A stretch of 51,456 bases of DNA, the filler included, from Jimgerdemannia flammicorona (lineage: Eukaryota): assembly GCA_003990765.1 (NCBI GenBank). It is 2 parts of 2 records of this genome, joined end to end, with 100 filler letters (N's around TTAATTAATTAA, not from the genome) between each part and the next. Parts side by side here need not be neighbours in the genome. Positions count along the whole stretch, not along the records: positions 1 to 25,686 come from RBNJ01000804.1; 1 more part is not named here. One strand, given 5' to 3'. Positions 1 to 11,590 of this stretch are shown one piece after another (positions within the stretch are counted from its first letter, which is position 1; every line of letters starts with the position of its first letter). The position numbers and the translations under genes were made by a program. Under the pieces are notes generated by a model. That model had not been told where the DNA came from. It was given only the letters and a program-made list of their open reading frames with translations, and made no database searches.

Positions 1-3000
1 AAAAGACCACCTTGTCTAACACCATTGCCACTCTCCCACCACTCTGTTCACAGATCCTTACCACCAAACCACAACGTCGATCCCCCTGAGGACCCCAACC
101 CACCCACCATCCAGTTAGCAGATCCCCCAACAGCCCCTCCCACCTTAATACCTTCTCCCGCAGCCCCAACCACTGCCCCTCCTCAAATACAAAAAGCCAA
201 TGGTCTGCCAGTCTCACCCATACTACTAGTACCCACCCTACAGTGAGCCAACTATCACCCACCCCACCCACAAGCCAAGATCTCAAGTCCTCCCAGTGAC
301 CCTCCCCCACTGGCCTATGCCCCACTCCCAGTCTATCTCCTATTTCAGTCCAAAATTCACCCAAACCCTCACACTCCCCCAGCCAATGTTCAGGCGTCTG
401 TACATGACCCTCAGCTTGCCCAACATTGTAACACTCCTCACAGTCGAATTGTCCACCCTCTACCAAATGTCTCATGCAGAAATTCAGCATGACATTCCTC
501 CGCAACATTCTTCATCATACCACCCAGAACTTGGGGGGAAGCCACCTCCGTACCTCTGCACTCCAAGCCCAGATACCTGCCCAGTCCCACTCCTCGCTGA
601 TCCCTGCTGCCTGCCAGCCACTTGGCCAAAGATCCTGGCCAAGCCCCTGCTGACACTCTACTCCCTCCCCAAAATTGAATATAGCCAGCGGAGCACCCCC
701 CAGGAGCAGTCTATCCCAATGCCACATATTAGGCCCCTACACCTCCTCCCCCTCATTGCCTTGTCAGTGCAGGCCAATTCGGTATGCTCCATCAGCCACT
801 CCGCACCAAAAGCCCTGGAACTGCAGCCTCTGAATTTCATTCAGCCCCACCAAAGAGAGCAGATCTCCAGATGACCCTCGAGGGGATATTCGCATCTCCC
901 ACACCTTCTGCAACAGAGGCACCCAATCTCCTCCCTGCAGTTCCACTGCTCTCTTCAACCACCAGGCTTGCAAGCAGTGCAGCCTCTTAGGGAAATCCAC
1001 CAGGCCAAGACCTCCCCTGACTACTGGTCTCGCAAGAGTATCCCAACTGACCTGGGACCTCCTCCCCGCCCAAATCCAATCCCTAGCCACCTTCATCAGC
1101 TTCTTCACCACCCACACTGGGAAGTTGAGGTGATATACCACATACCACATCTTGGGGAACCAATATATATTCAAGATTGACACCTGCCCTGCTAGAGAGA
1201 TATGGCAGCCTCCCCAACCTCTAAGGGCCTCCTCCCAGATATTCACCCTGCTCTCCCACCACACTCATGGCAAGACAGAACCATATACAGAGAGGAAGAT
1301 GCCCAGATACCGCACCACCTCACCAGTAGGGACAATTGTTCCAATGATGTCCCCACCCACTAGCCCATTCCCTAGCACCATTGTCTCACACTTATGCCAG
1401 TTGAGCTTCACTCCCGAGTGAGCCTCATACCATTCCACAGTCTCCTGAAGTGCCTCTACATCTGCCACAGACCCAAGTCCAACCACCATACATCAGCAAA
1501 GGCCCCCACCTTCTACACTATACCATATATAGAGAGCCCTGCCACCTTCCGGCGAATTCTATCCATCAACAGCTCCAGCGAAAGGGCATAGAGAATAGGG
1601 GACAGAGGGTCCCCCTAAGGGACTCCCCTTCCCAAGGAAAATGCCCTCTCACAGTGACCATTACATGTCAAAGCCACCTGACTGCTTTCCAGCAGACTCA
1701 ACATAGAGGCCCTAAATCTTGAGGGAACACCAATTTGGTCCAATACCTTGCCCAGCCACACCCACTGTACATGGTCATAGGCCTTCTCCTGGTCCAAAAA
1801 GACCAACCTTCCATCTAGTCTACAGGCCCGAGCCCCTTCAATGATACCATGAATCCATGCAGTCCCATCTCTTATAAGTCTGCCCCCAACAAAGCCCTGC
1901 TGCTCCTCCCCCAGCACCTGTTGGGCAACTTTCTGCAATATTGCGACAATCACCTTAGTCACCATCTTCCTGTCCATATCCAGTAGCATTATCAGTCTCC
2001 AGTTCTTCCAGTCTTCCCTCCTCCCCTTGTCTTTGTACAATAGGGCCACCAGTCTGAGATCCTGCTCTCCAACCCATGCACCGCTCTGAAGGATATGGTC
2101 ACAGAGGGCAGCCATCTCACCCAAAACTCCGGGGACATTTACTATCTTCTTCCAGAAATCCCATGGCAATCCATCCTCCCCTGGTGCTGTCCCAAGTTTA
2201 GTTGCTGCCAGGATACTCTGGATCTCCTCTCCCTGTACTGGCAAGATCAAGTCACCCAGTCCAGCTACTTGTGGTGGGTCCCACTCTTTTAGTGTATCCA
2301 CAATCTCCGCCTCATCAGCACCCCCTTCTCTCTTACTTCTCAAGTCCTGCCATCTCCCCTTCAAAACTCCTAAGATTCGTTGTGTGCCATGTACCATGTC
2401 CCCATCATCATCCAGGACCCCATCCCACCGATGTCGCACTCTCCTAGCTTTGAGAAGTCTTGGTAAGTACCTAGTAGGCTGCTCGCCCTCCTCAAGCCCC
2501 TGCCACCATAGCCTAGCAGCCATACCCCACATATGAGACTCCTCCTCTTCCCTCAACACCTGTTGTAGTTCCACTATCTCCAATTTCGCCCTCTCTAACC
2601 TCCAATCCTCCACTGAGCAAACCCACCCACTCCATTTGTAGTCTCCTCAGCCTACTGGAAGCACACCTCGTGCACCTCCTCCTCTGCCTCCCGGCCTCTC
2701 TACCAGCCCCTCCCCAATAAACCCTCGCAGCCTCTTTCAATCTCATCCAGCAGACAGCCACAGGCAAACCCTCCTGCCTCCAGATAAAAACTTTTGCCTG
2801 AATGTCCTCCTCCCACAAATCCCACAACCCCTTCTCAGCCAGCAGGGAGGAGTTAAGGCACCAATGTCCGGGTCCATCTCCACTCCCCCCAAACTGCCCC
2901 TGCCCCAACAGTTCCCAGTGATCAGACCATGGGTACCACTCCACTTCCAATGCCTTCCAAACATCTGAACCCCAGCACTCTGCCATCAGAATCCAGTCAA

Positions 3001-3598
3001 TCCTTGTGCCCAAGCCATTCATCCAATGTGTGTAGACCCTGGTGTCACCCCACCTTATTATGCCCATATCCCCCAAGGAGCTCAATGTCTCCACCTCCTC
3101 CCACACATCCAGACCTCCACTTCTTCCCCCGGCACTCCTCCCACCATCAGTTCTGTCCAGATGCCAATCCTGAACCATATTAAAGTCCCCACCGAGAACA
3201 TTGACCCCTTCCTCCAAGAGAATACCCTCCTCCAGCAGCCCCCTAATCTATGCAATCCTCTCACCCCTAGCCACAGGGCAGTAGCAAGAGCCCACCTTCA
3301 CCAATTCCCACCCTGGCCGATGCCAATCTCCTCAGACCAAGCGATCGCCCCAGCTCCTGATTCTCCCCAAGTCTCCTCTGCCCTTCCTCACCAGAATCGC
3401 TACCTTTCCAAACCAAGCAGTAGCCCCACCCCATTCCCTAGTCCACTCCACCCGATCATCCTCATCCTCACACCGAACATCCTGTAGTAAAAAGAGATCA
3501 GCCTCCAATCCCTTGAGCCAAGTAAAAATGTTCCTACACTGCCCAGAGCCCCTTAACCCATTCACATTCAAGGAAAAAATGTTGGTTGTACTGTTCAT
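1..3598 (-). pseudogene. LINE ORF2 (APE endonuclease + reverse transcriptase + C-terminal Cys/His motif), disrupted
   Basis: MNSTTNIFSLNVNGL, GGDFN, RIDWI and SDH (APE); PGEDGLP, NWRLIMLLDMDRK, QQGF, LDQEKAYD, GRGVP and YLG (RT). Split by stops and frameshifts. Confidence 0.93.
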
Positions 3599-3629
3599 AA
3601 AGAATAATGATATATCATGGTCTCATCCT

Positions 3630-5666
3630 CTACAAGTCCATGCTCTGCTCCTCCTGCACCAAGTCCAATTCACGTTCGGCTGCTAGTTCTCTCTCCCCAG
3701 CTTCCCGTGCTGCCAATTCTCCCAGAAGTTCCACCATTGCCCCATCTTCACGCTCCTCAAAGTCCTCCCAATACTCCAGAAAGGCCTCCTGCCAGAGCTG
3801 CAGACTATGATGCTCTGCCCAACAGTAGGTCGCCCACTCACCAGCGACCACCCCCAGCTCTGCCTTCCGCACCTTGTCAACCACATATCCCTCCTCCTCC
3901 AGGAAAATTGCCAGAATCTCCACCTTCAGTGCCTCCACCATTCCATCACTGTGCAGAATCCGTTTCCAATGCTCCTCAGGCATCATCTGCAGGTCCACTT
4001 CCCCCAAAGCCTCTGCCACGAGATTATCCATCACCTTGCGCAACCACAACAGGTTCCCCACCTCCTTCCCTCCTGGAGTCCCCAGCTGCCCTGCATACAA
4101 CATCGTGGTGTCAGCTCCTACACTGGCAGCCTCCTCCTACTCCTCCTCAGGGACATCCACCAGCTCATCCTCGCCAACCGCCACCACCTGACCCCCTTGT
4201 GCCACATTGGGGACCCCAAAGCACACCTGCTGGGCCCCCTGCATCCACATATCCTCCATCATCCCTCGCTTCCCAACCAGGCCCCTCCTGATAAGTGGGG
4301 GGGGAGTGGCATCCAACTCTGGCTCCCACACTTCGAAGGTACCATCAGCAAATGGGTTCTTGGCCAGCATCTTCCCAGCCTCTGCCTCCTTCGCCTCCAC
4401 CTCCTCTCCTCCTTTACCAGCCCAGACACTGGCCTTAATGCCTTCCGACTCCTCAGCACCAACCGACTTCTTCTCCACCCCTCCTGTCATACTTGCCAAT
4501 AGCTCCCTCTGCCTCTTGCATCCCTGGACCCACTCCCACTGCTTCTTATCCATATGGATATGCTTCCTGCCCACAACCTCCAGATGCGTCGACTCCTCAA
4601 ACAATTTCCAGGCCTTCGCCCTTCTCTCCACAGCACCACCCAACTCCTCCAGTACCTTCAACAAGTCCTCCTCCTCCTCTTCGCTCCCTTTCACCCTCGA
4701 CACCTTGCAGACGACGGCCCCCCACATCAGCACCGAGGGCCAGTCACTTGTCTTCCCTGTGGCCTTCTTCCCTGCTAACCTAATCCTGACATCAACGTCA
4801 CCTATCCTGAAAGTAGTTCTCTCCCACAACTGAAAGCCAATGTCCACCACATTACCATACTCTACCATCACCTCCTCTACCCTCCTCCTAGTCTCCTCCT
4901 TCATCACCATGGGCACCCCCCTCACCAGAAGCTGCACCACCCTGGGGTCCCATCTTAAGCACCTCACCATGAGGACCACCACCTCCCCAACCACCACTCC
5001 GGTCTTCATGGCCTCGTCCAGTAGGCCTGCCTCCTCAAAGCCCACCTCAACCCCCTCCAGACCCTTCAAGAACTTCACCGAGGCCGCACCAGCCACCTGC
5101 CTTGAAATAAACCCCAGGACCATCCTCGCTATCACCACCAAGCCCCTGAAGCACAAGGTAGCTGCGAACTCCGAGATCGACTTCTTGAGCAACAGGGCTG
5201 CCACCAGTCCCATTACACCATCCACCAGGTCCCCCTTCTGCATCGGGAACCCCTGTCCCCCCTGGCCATCAGCTGTCACATCTCTTTTTTTTTCCTCCTG
5301 ATTCACCATCACGCCACCATCAGCAGTTCTGCCACTACCCCCAGCAGCCACTCCACTCCCTTCACCTCCCATCGATGAAGGCCCAGCTCCCCCAGCATTC
5401 CCAGCCTTCTTCTTCCCCTTCCTGCCTGACTGTCCACCATGATCTCCCATCGGCCAACCTCCTGTCCTCAGCATATCTGCAAAGCTCCTTCCCTGCTGCC
5501 CTCCAGCCCCCCCACCAGTGCCACTTCCACTGCCCGAGCTGCCCTGCCCACTGGGGCCACCAAAAGACCCCATCCCCAGTCCATACCCTCTCCCGACATG
5601 CTGTCAGTCAAAGGCCCCAGGTCTACCTGACCTAGTACAAATGCCGGCTTGCTTGCTGGTTGACAT
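3630..5666 (-). pseudogene. LINE ORF1 (RRM-like core, acidic C-terminal part), with in-frame stops
   Basis: ATG at 5666 (MSTSKQAGICTRSGRPGAFD*QHVGRG) aligns with copy B MATNEHPEVRTGQGGPGAFEWQQVGRG. ORFs 4137-5573 and 3630-4103 are homologous to ORF1 of B and D. A 31-nt spacer separates it from ORF2. Confidence 0.88.
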
Positions 5667-6225
5667 CTCCTTAGAATCTTTCTCCAATAAACGATATGAA
5701 AGTGTGTTGTAAAGTGTGTGTAACGTGAATTGTAGCGGAGAGAGATGGAGCTAGTAGTTCATTATCCTCTTCCTATTTCTTCTCTTCTCTTGCCTATTTC
5801 TCAAAAGTCTTCTGTCTTCTTTCATAGTAGAACTTTGAATCATTCTGTTGAGGTTTGATTTGCCAATATATCCTAAGCGTTGATGTTACATATTAGATGA
5901 ATCAGATATAGTTATTATGCATGTAGAGGCTTTTATGCTATTCCCATTCAGTATACTATTAATTATGTAAAATTGCCATATTTCAAGACTATTATCAGCT
6001 TATTGTCATCCAAATTATATATGGTTGCACCCTTTAAGTATGTATAGATTTCTTTATTACTACAGAACATCATTTTGCCTATCAAAAAGAGGTTTTTGCC
6101 AATTTTGGAGCATATAGTACATCTAGAAAGGTGCTTGCAGATTCTGTGATATTGCAATAGAGATGTATCTCTACATTTCCCTTTTCTTGAGTATAAATAA
6201 TATTGTTATCTTCTAGTTTGATAGG

Positions 6226-6509
6226 TAGTGCTTTTAACAAATTAAATCAAATTGAATTTGACTCAAATTTGATAAATCAAAAGTCCAATTCAATTTGATT
6301 CAAATCAAATCAAAGGTCTAATTCAATTTGAAATTTGATTCAAATCCTATTTTTGAAATATAATAACTTAATGAAAATATGTCCAAATTTAAGAAGCTAA
6401 AATCATTAATTTTTGACATATTTTGTCAAGTTATTATATTTCAAAAAATAGGGTTTGAATTAGACCCTCAATTCAATTTGAATTTGATTTGATTTGTTTG
6501 GAAGTACTA
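6226..6509. mobile_element. MITE / non-autonomous hAT-like DNA transposon inserted in the Copia protease region
   Basis: Exact 8-bp TSD TTGATAGG (6218-6225 and 6510-6517); imperfect TIRs TAGTGCTTTTAACAAATTAAATC / TAGTACTTCCAAACAAATCAAATC; internal fold-back. The Copia reading frame resumes when it is removed. Confidence 0.88.
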
Positions 6510-7783
6510 TTGATAGGTATAGAGTATTTGAAAGATTTATATGTAGAGAACTATTCTCTGTATGGTATCATATGTTATATAACTCCAGAATCCATTAGCC
6601 AGACATCATTATCATTAGCACTATTTGCAGTACATTTATTAGATATATAGCTGATATTATTATCACTTTTTATTGAGTGAATTCGAGATGAAGGTTGGTA
6701 GATTTGGCAGTAGAAATATAGTCATCTACATGTGTTGCTTGTGTGCAGAACATGCTACCACTATTAGTTTTGTAGTATTTTCATTATCATGCTTCATTTT
6801 GCCTTGATAGTTTCTACACTGGCTTTTTTTATGCTTATTTTCACCTCTCTCCTTGTCAATTTCCCAGTAATAAAAATTGTGTTTTTTATATTCATACTTG
6901 TTGCAGTATTCATAATAACCATCATATTTAGTTGATTGGCTACTATTATATTGATTTTGGATTTTGGTTTATTGATCTTATTACTTGTACTTTTGACCTC
7001 ATTTGGTACCACCATATCTACAAGATCTATAGAAGGTATTTTGGTCATCATTGCTATCAATTCTGTGATATATTTTCTTGTTTATGAGACTTGTTATTAC
7101 ATATGTATAGTTTATGAGTCTACCACTCTTACATATAGCTGCAACATTAATATTATATATATCTAGTAGTTCTCTTATAAGTGTTATAACTTTATTATCA
7201 TTACTAATACAATCTACAGATATGCTGAGAGAATTCACTTAATTCATCAGATTTTTAACATAACTAGTATATTTGTAGATACTCTTCTTGAGCTTCATTT
7301 ATAGATTAAATAGCTGAGATTTTAGGTGGAATTGATTCAACATAGATATTTGCAAGTAATAATTGTGTAGAGTCTCATACATCTTATAAGCTATTGGAGT
7401 ATATATTATAAGCTTTATTTGTAAATTTGACAATATAAATGTAATCTCACATAATACTCAATGATTGATTGCAGTGTCTTAATCTTAAATCAGTACTTGT
7501 GGCTTCATATACTCCACTAAGCTATATTTTTCAAAAAGATTCATTATTTGGAATATTCAAATAGTATAATCTTTCTCATTAAAGATCAGGATGGACCTCT
7601 TGGCTGTGTTTATACTTATAACTAGGACTGTTTTTCTCATATTTATTGAGATCATATCTATAGAAATACTTGTGATTAGTATATCAATATTACTACTTAT
7701 ATATTAGACTAATTGTCTGATATTTCTAGTATAGTATATTTTAAAGAGATATATTTGTTTGCTATAGTCACTTAGTACTAGTA

Positions 7784-7941
7784 GGGCTCATAACTATTAT
7801 TGGAAAGAGAGAGATATTTTTATTTAAGTTATATAGGTTACATATTTCATATATTACTGATAAATGATATAAAACTGATAAAATAGTATAAGTCATATAC
7901 TGATATATTGAGTTGCTATCACAATATTAACTATTCTAATA
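7784..7941 (-). repeat. Copia 5' LTR (7798-7941) and PBS (7784-7795)
   Basis: Minus strand starts TATTAGAA and ends TTCCAATA (decayed TGTTGGAA...TTCCAACA), followed by AGTTATGAGCCC, matching the GGTTATGAGCCC-type PBS of fungal Copia elements. Confidence 0.75.
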
Positions 7942-10598
7942 ACTTCTAAGCTATTTATAGGTTTATACAATGTCTGGATATTCATTAATAAGAATATTAT
8001 CAATAATATTATTTCTAATAAAGTAGTTATCTAAGAAGAGTGGTTTTTGGATTATTCTTTTAAGCTTGTTCTTATAGTATATAATATACTGAAACAAAAT
8101 AATCATTCTACAGAATAGTATTATCTATCTTATGTATATTCTAGGTATTATATTGGTAGATAGAATAGAGGTACATCATCTTTATATTTATTAGATTTGG
8201 TATCAGCATACTTTTGATAGGTTATGGTACTGTATATTATAGAGTTATAATATACTCAAGGTTATTCTTCATTTCATTCATACTGAAGAGATAGAATTAT
8301 TAGTTCATCTCAAGTTATCTAGAGATATAGATTGTATTCTATTATTTCTTTATTATAGTTGAAATAGTTAGATATAAAGATAAGTTAATACTCATTTCAG
8401 TGATCATTATTTCAGTAAGTCTTATAGATAATTATTAACTATTTTAAGTTTATTAATAAAGTTCATGGAGTAATCAGAGTTGGTAGAGATTCTTGACTGA
8501 AAGACATCTCAGTATCAGAGAAGGCATTATCTTTTGCTTTATTATTATCAAACTAAATTATATTATAGATATTCTTCATGGTATATCTAAGTTAGAGTAT
8601 TTGTAGAATATGATCATCTAGATTTAGAAAGGGTCTGACAGTAGTCTGAGTATACTTGATGTATTACTGGTTAGAGTTTTATATTATATTATTAATTTGG
8701 CTATATATAAAGTGATAACTATTTCAGAGATAGTAACTCAGAGATAGGAAATAAAGATACTATACTTATAAAAGAGGTTTCAGTATTTATATATATATAA
8801 TGAGTTTCTGATATTGAGATATCTTAGTAATATTAGTATTATAATAGTAGTTGACCATATCTTCAAGAAGACAGCTGGTTTAGTAGTAGTTTGAGATTTG
8901 TCTAATTTGGTAGACTTCACTAAGTATGTCTAAGGTATTCTATCTGGCTTCTACAAAGTAGAGGAGTAATAAGCTGTAAATATTCATTAGAGGTAGAGAT
9001 ACTATAATATAGTTGACAATAGTATTCCAAATATCAGCACAAATATAGTTGTAGATTTCAGAAGTTATAACTGAATATATATTTGAGAATTATGATTATT
9101 TATTTGTAGTAGTTCTTTCTTTTAGTGTGTAGTATATCTGATATATATACTTTTGATCTTGATTTGTAAGGTTCTATTTCTATTAATTATATATTCTATA
9201 ATTTTGATTTGACTCAGCTTTATGATCTTATATTTTATAACTTCCAACTAACTCAGTTTTATAATCTTATATATATATAGTTTCTGAATTTATTCTGAGG
9301 ATAAAATGTAATTTCTATTCCTTAGAGGTTATATACTTATATAAATCATCAGCCAACAAATATTAAGTTGTAACATAGTAGATATATATTGATAGAAGTG
9401 TGGCAGATTTCTTTATCTTAAATACTTGATCTTTTTTGACTTCTCAGAGTCCTCAGGTATAAGAGTTGATGAGTCTGAAGTATTTCTTCCTACAGATTTG
9501 CTAGTTTCTTACCTCTTTACTTAAACTATTTTGATCTGAGATTTATCTACTTGAGATATTAAAGATATTTATATAAGTTTTCCAGCTATATATGTAGTAG
9601 CTAATTTAAGACTTCTTTTTCTGTAAGTTATTTTGTATATTTGAGAGATTCATATATTTGTATAATCTATTTGATTATGAGTTTTATATAGCTGTATAAA
9701 TTATATAACTGAGATTAAGTAACTACTAAACTATAATACTATACTATATCAAAAATTAAATTCAGATACTATAATTAGATATCTATTCTTTAATTATTAT
9801 TTCTAATTCAGATCATTTATCATATCAAATTTTTTTTTTTTTGTTTTTCTTTTATTATCTCTCAACTATTTTAATAGTTTTTATAATTTTTTCTCATACT
9901 TCATTAAGAAGAAATAAACTCTTTTATATAGTCAGAATTGTTTAACTTTACTTTTTAATAAAGTATAATATATATAAGAAAGATCATCTTAAAATATCTA
10001 TTTTCAAAATTATTTATTATAAGTATTATAATTAAGTAACTTTTTGCAAAAATATAAAATTTACTATAATAATAATTTACTTCTTAAATAAATAGCTTTA
10101 CAATATACTTTAATTTTACAAAAAAGTAGTCTGAATGAGTAGTATTTATCTAAGTTTTTCAGAATTATTATAGGTTCAAAATCTAATAAATGTGATTAAT
10201 TTCCACTAATATAATATAATAAAATATATACTATTCTATAAGTTACTAATATTAGTTAAGATTTAAGTATAATAATATATTATATTTTTATTTTATATAT
10301 TTAAAATTCAGATTATTATTGTATTAAGTAATAAAATACTATATTATCTTATATATTGTAATGGTGACCCCAGAATAATGATATCAGCACAGAAGACAGC
10401 TTTTCCTTGCAAGCTACCAGATCAGAGCACAAGAAGATTATACGGCATATGAGATGAGAAATGATGACCAACTGTGAGTCATTGTGACCACAGCACAAGC
10501 ATCCTGAAGAATATAAAAGAAGGATCAAGGAACCACAGTAGCAGTGACCAACAAGAACCACCAATCCCAAAATAGCTCAAAGACTTACCATAAACAAA

Positions 10599-11417
10599 AT
10601 GCCTGCTGTCTGCCAAACCTCAAGATCAAGGAACCACCAAGGTATCTCAGTTGAAGAAAGAATGTTCCAAGACATCAGAAGAGTCATGAGGACCCGCTCA
10701 AGAAGGACTCCTAGTGTCTACCTGGGTACTGCAGACCCTTATCACTTTATTCTCTACTGCCACAAAATGGAAACAAGGATCACCATAGCCACCGAATGCC
10801 TCCAAATGTGGCAGGAGTACGAAATAGGAAACCTCCTCTGCCAGGAGTTCCCACAGGCCAGCACCCAAGAGCTACAAGATGCCACTTCCATGGATATATA
10901 TGAAATGAGGACAGCTAGGAAGATCCATCAGATCTTCAGGCATGTACCATGGTCGATCCCCAACTTGGAGTATGTTAGAGTCTCAGATTTCAGAGACCTA
11001 TCATCCTGCCGCATCAATGCACTAGAAGCCAGGGTGGCTACAGAAGCCCAGTCCACTATCACCCTCAACAGCGAAGAAGTAGAAGACTTCTAGCACACCA
11101 TCCTTCAGGACAACCCAGACCAATTCCTGCAAGGATTGATCTCAGTATTTCAAGGCCCAAGCATCCGGGTTAGATCTCCCCAAGACCCCACATTTGTTCC
11201 TTATTTTGTGGAAGAGAACCTCATAGACTGGAGAGCTCCAGATCTTGTTCTTGATTTCCCCGCCACAGCCGAACGTGATGACATCATCGATGACGTCATC
11301 CCGCATGACATACGCAAAGTACGCGAAACACGTGACCTGCATGATGAATTCGCGGATCTCATCTCCTTCAGTGATGATGATGATGAAGCCCCCATGATCC
11401 TGAACTTTCTGCTCTAA
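10599..11417 (+). pseudogene. LTR-embedded ORF of ~272 codons, unknown product, one in-frame TAG at 11091-11093
   Basis: ORFs 10599-11093 and 11136-11417 are in the same frame (offset 537 nt) and read through as EEVEDF*HTILQDNPDQFLQGLISVF. ATG follows an A-rich context (AAACAAAATG). Confidence 0.7.
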
Positions 11418-11425
11418 GTTCTATA

Positions 11426-11590
11426 TTACACTGGATAATGCTAGCACCAGTATTCTCATGTAATACTGGATAATGCCAGCACTGGTATTCTCATATAATA
11501 CTGGATAATGCCAGCACCGGTATTCTCATATAACACTGGATAATGCCAGCACTGGCATTTTGATGTGATACTAAATAATGCCAGCCCTGG
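11426..11590 (+). repeat. 35-bp tandem repeat, ~4.7 copies, in the U3-like part of the solo LTR
   Basis: Units start at 11426, 11461, 11496, 11531 and 11566; consensus TAATACTGGATAATGCCAGCACTGGTATTCTCATA with internal palindrome AATGCCAG-CA-CTGG(C/T)ATT. Confidence 0.92.

Larger units (their letters stand above)
1..5744 (-). mobile_element. Non-LTR retrotransposon (LINE, L1/Tx1-like), copy A; 5' end present, 3' end runs off the window
   Basis: ORF1 plus ORF2 (APE endonuclease and RT) colinear with copies B and D. The 5' end CTCTCTCCGCTACAATTCACGTTACA resembles the 5' ends of B, C and D. Position 1 aligns roughly 100 nt upstream of the poly-A of copy B. Confidence 0.95.
5745..7941 (-). mobile_element. 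Degenerate Ty1/Copia LTR retrotransposon (5' LTR, PBS, gag, protease, GAG-pre-integrase), truncated
   Basis: Manual minus-strand translation: gag IFNEKDYTI*IFQIMNLF and NQFHLKSQLFNL*MK; decayed knuckle YYEYCNKYEYKKHNFYYW; protease VWLMDSGVI*HMIPYRE*FSTY and FLDVLYAP..KNLF; NM*HQRLGYIG (WHxRLGH motif). Confidence 0.85.

Noticed and set aside
25..5712. Many Pro/Ser/Thr-rich plus-strand ORFs, and their minus-strand equivalents in 35363-51277
   Set aside because: Antisense shadows of the G-rich LINE coding strand.
11426..11590. 35-bp palindromic repeats as a CRISPR array
   Set aside because: Head-to-tail with no unique spacers, no cas genes, and located inside a eukaryotic LTR.
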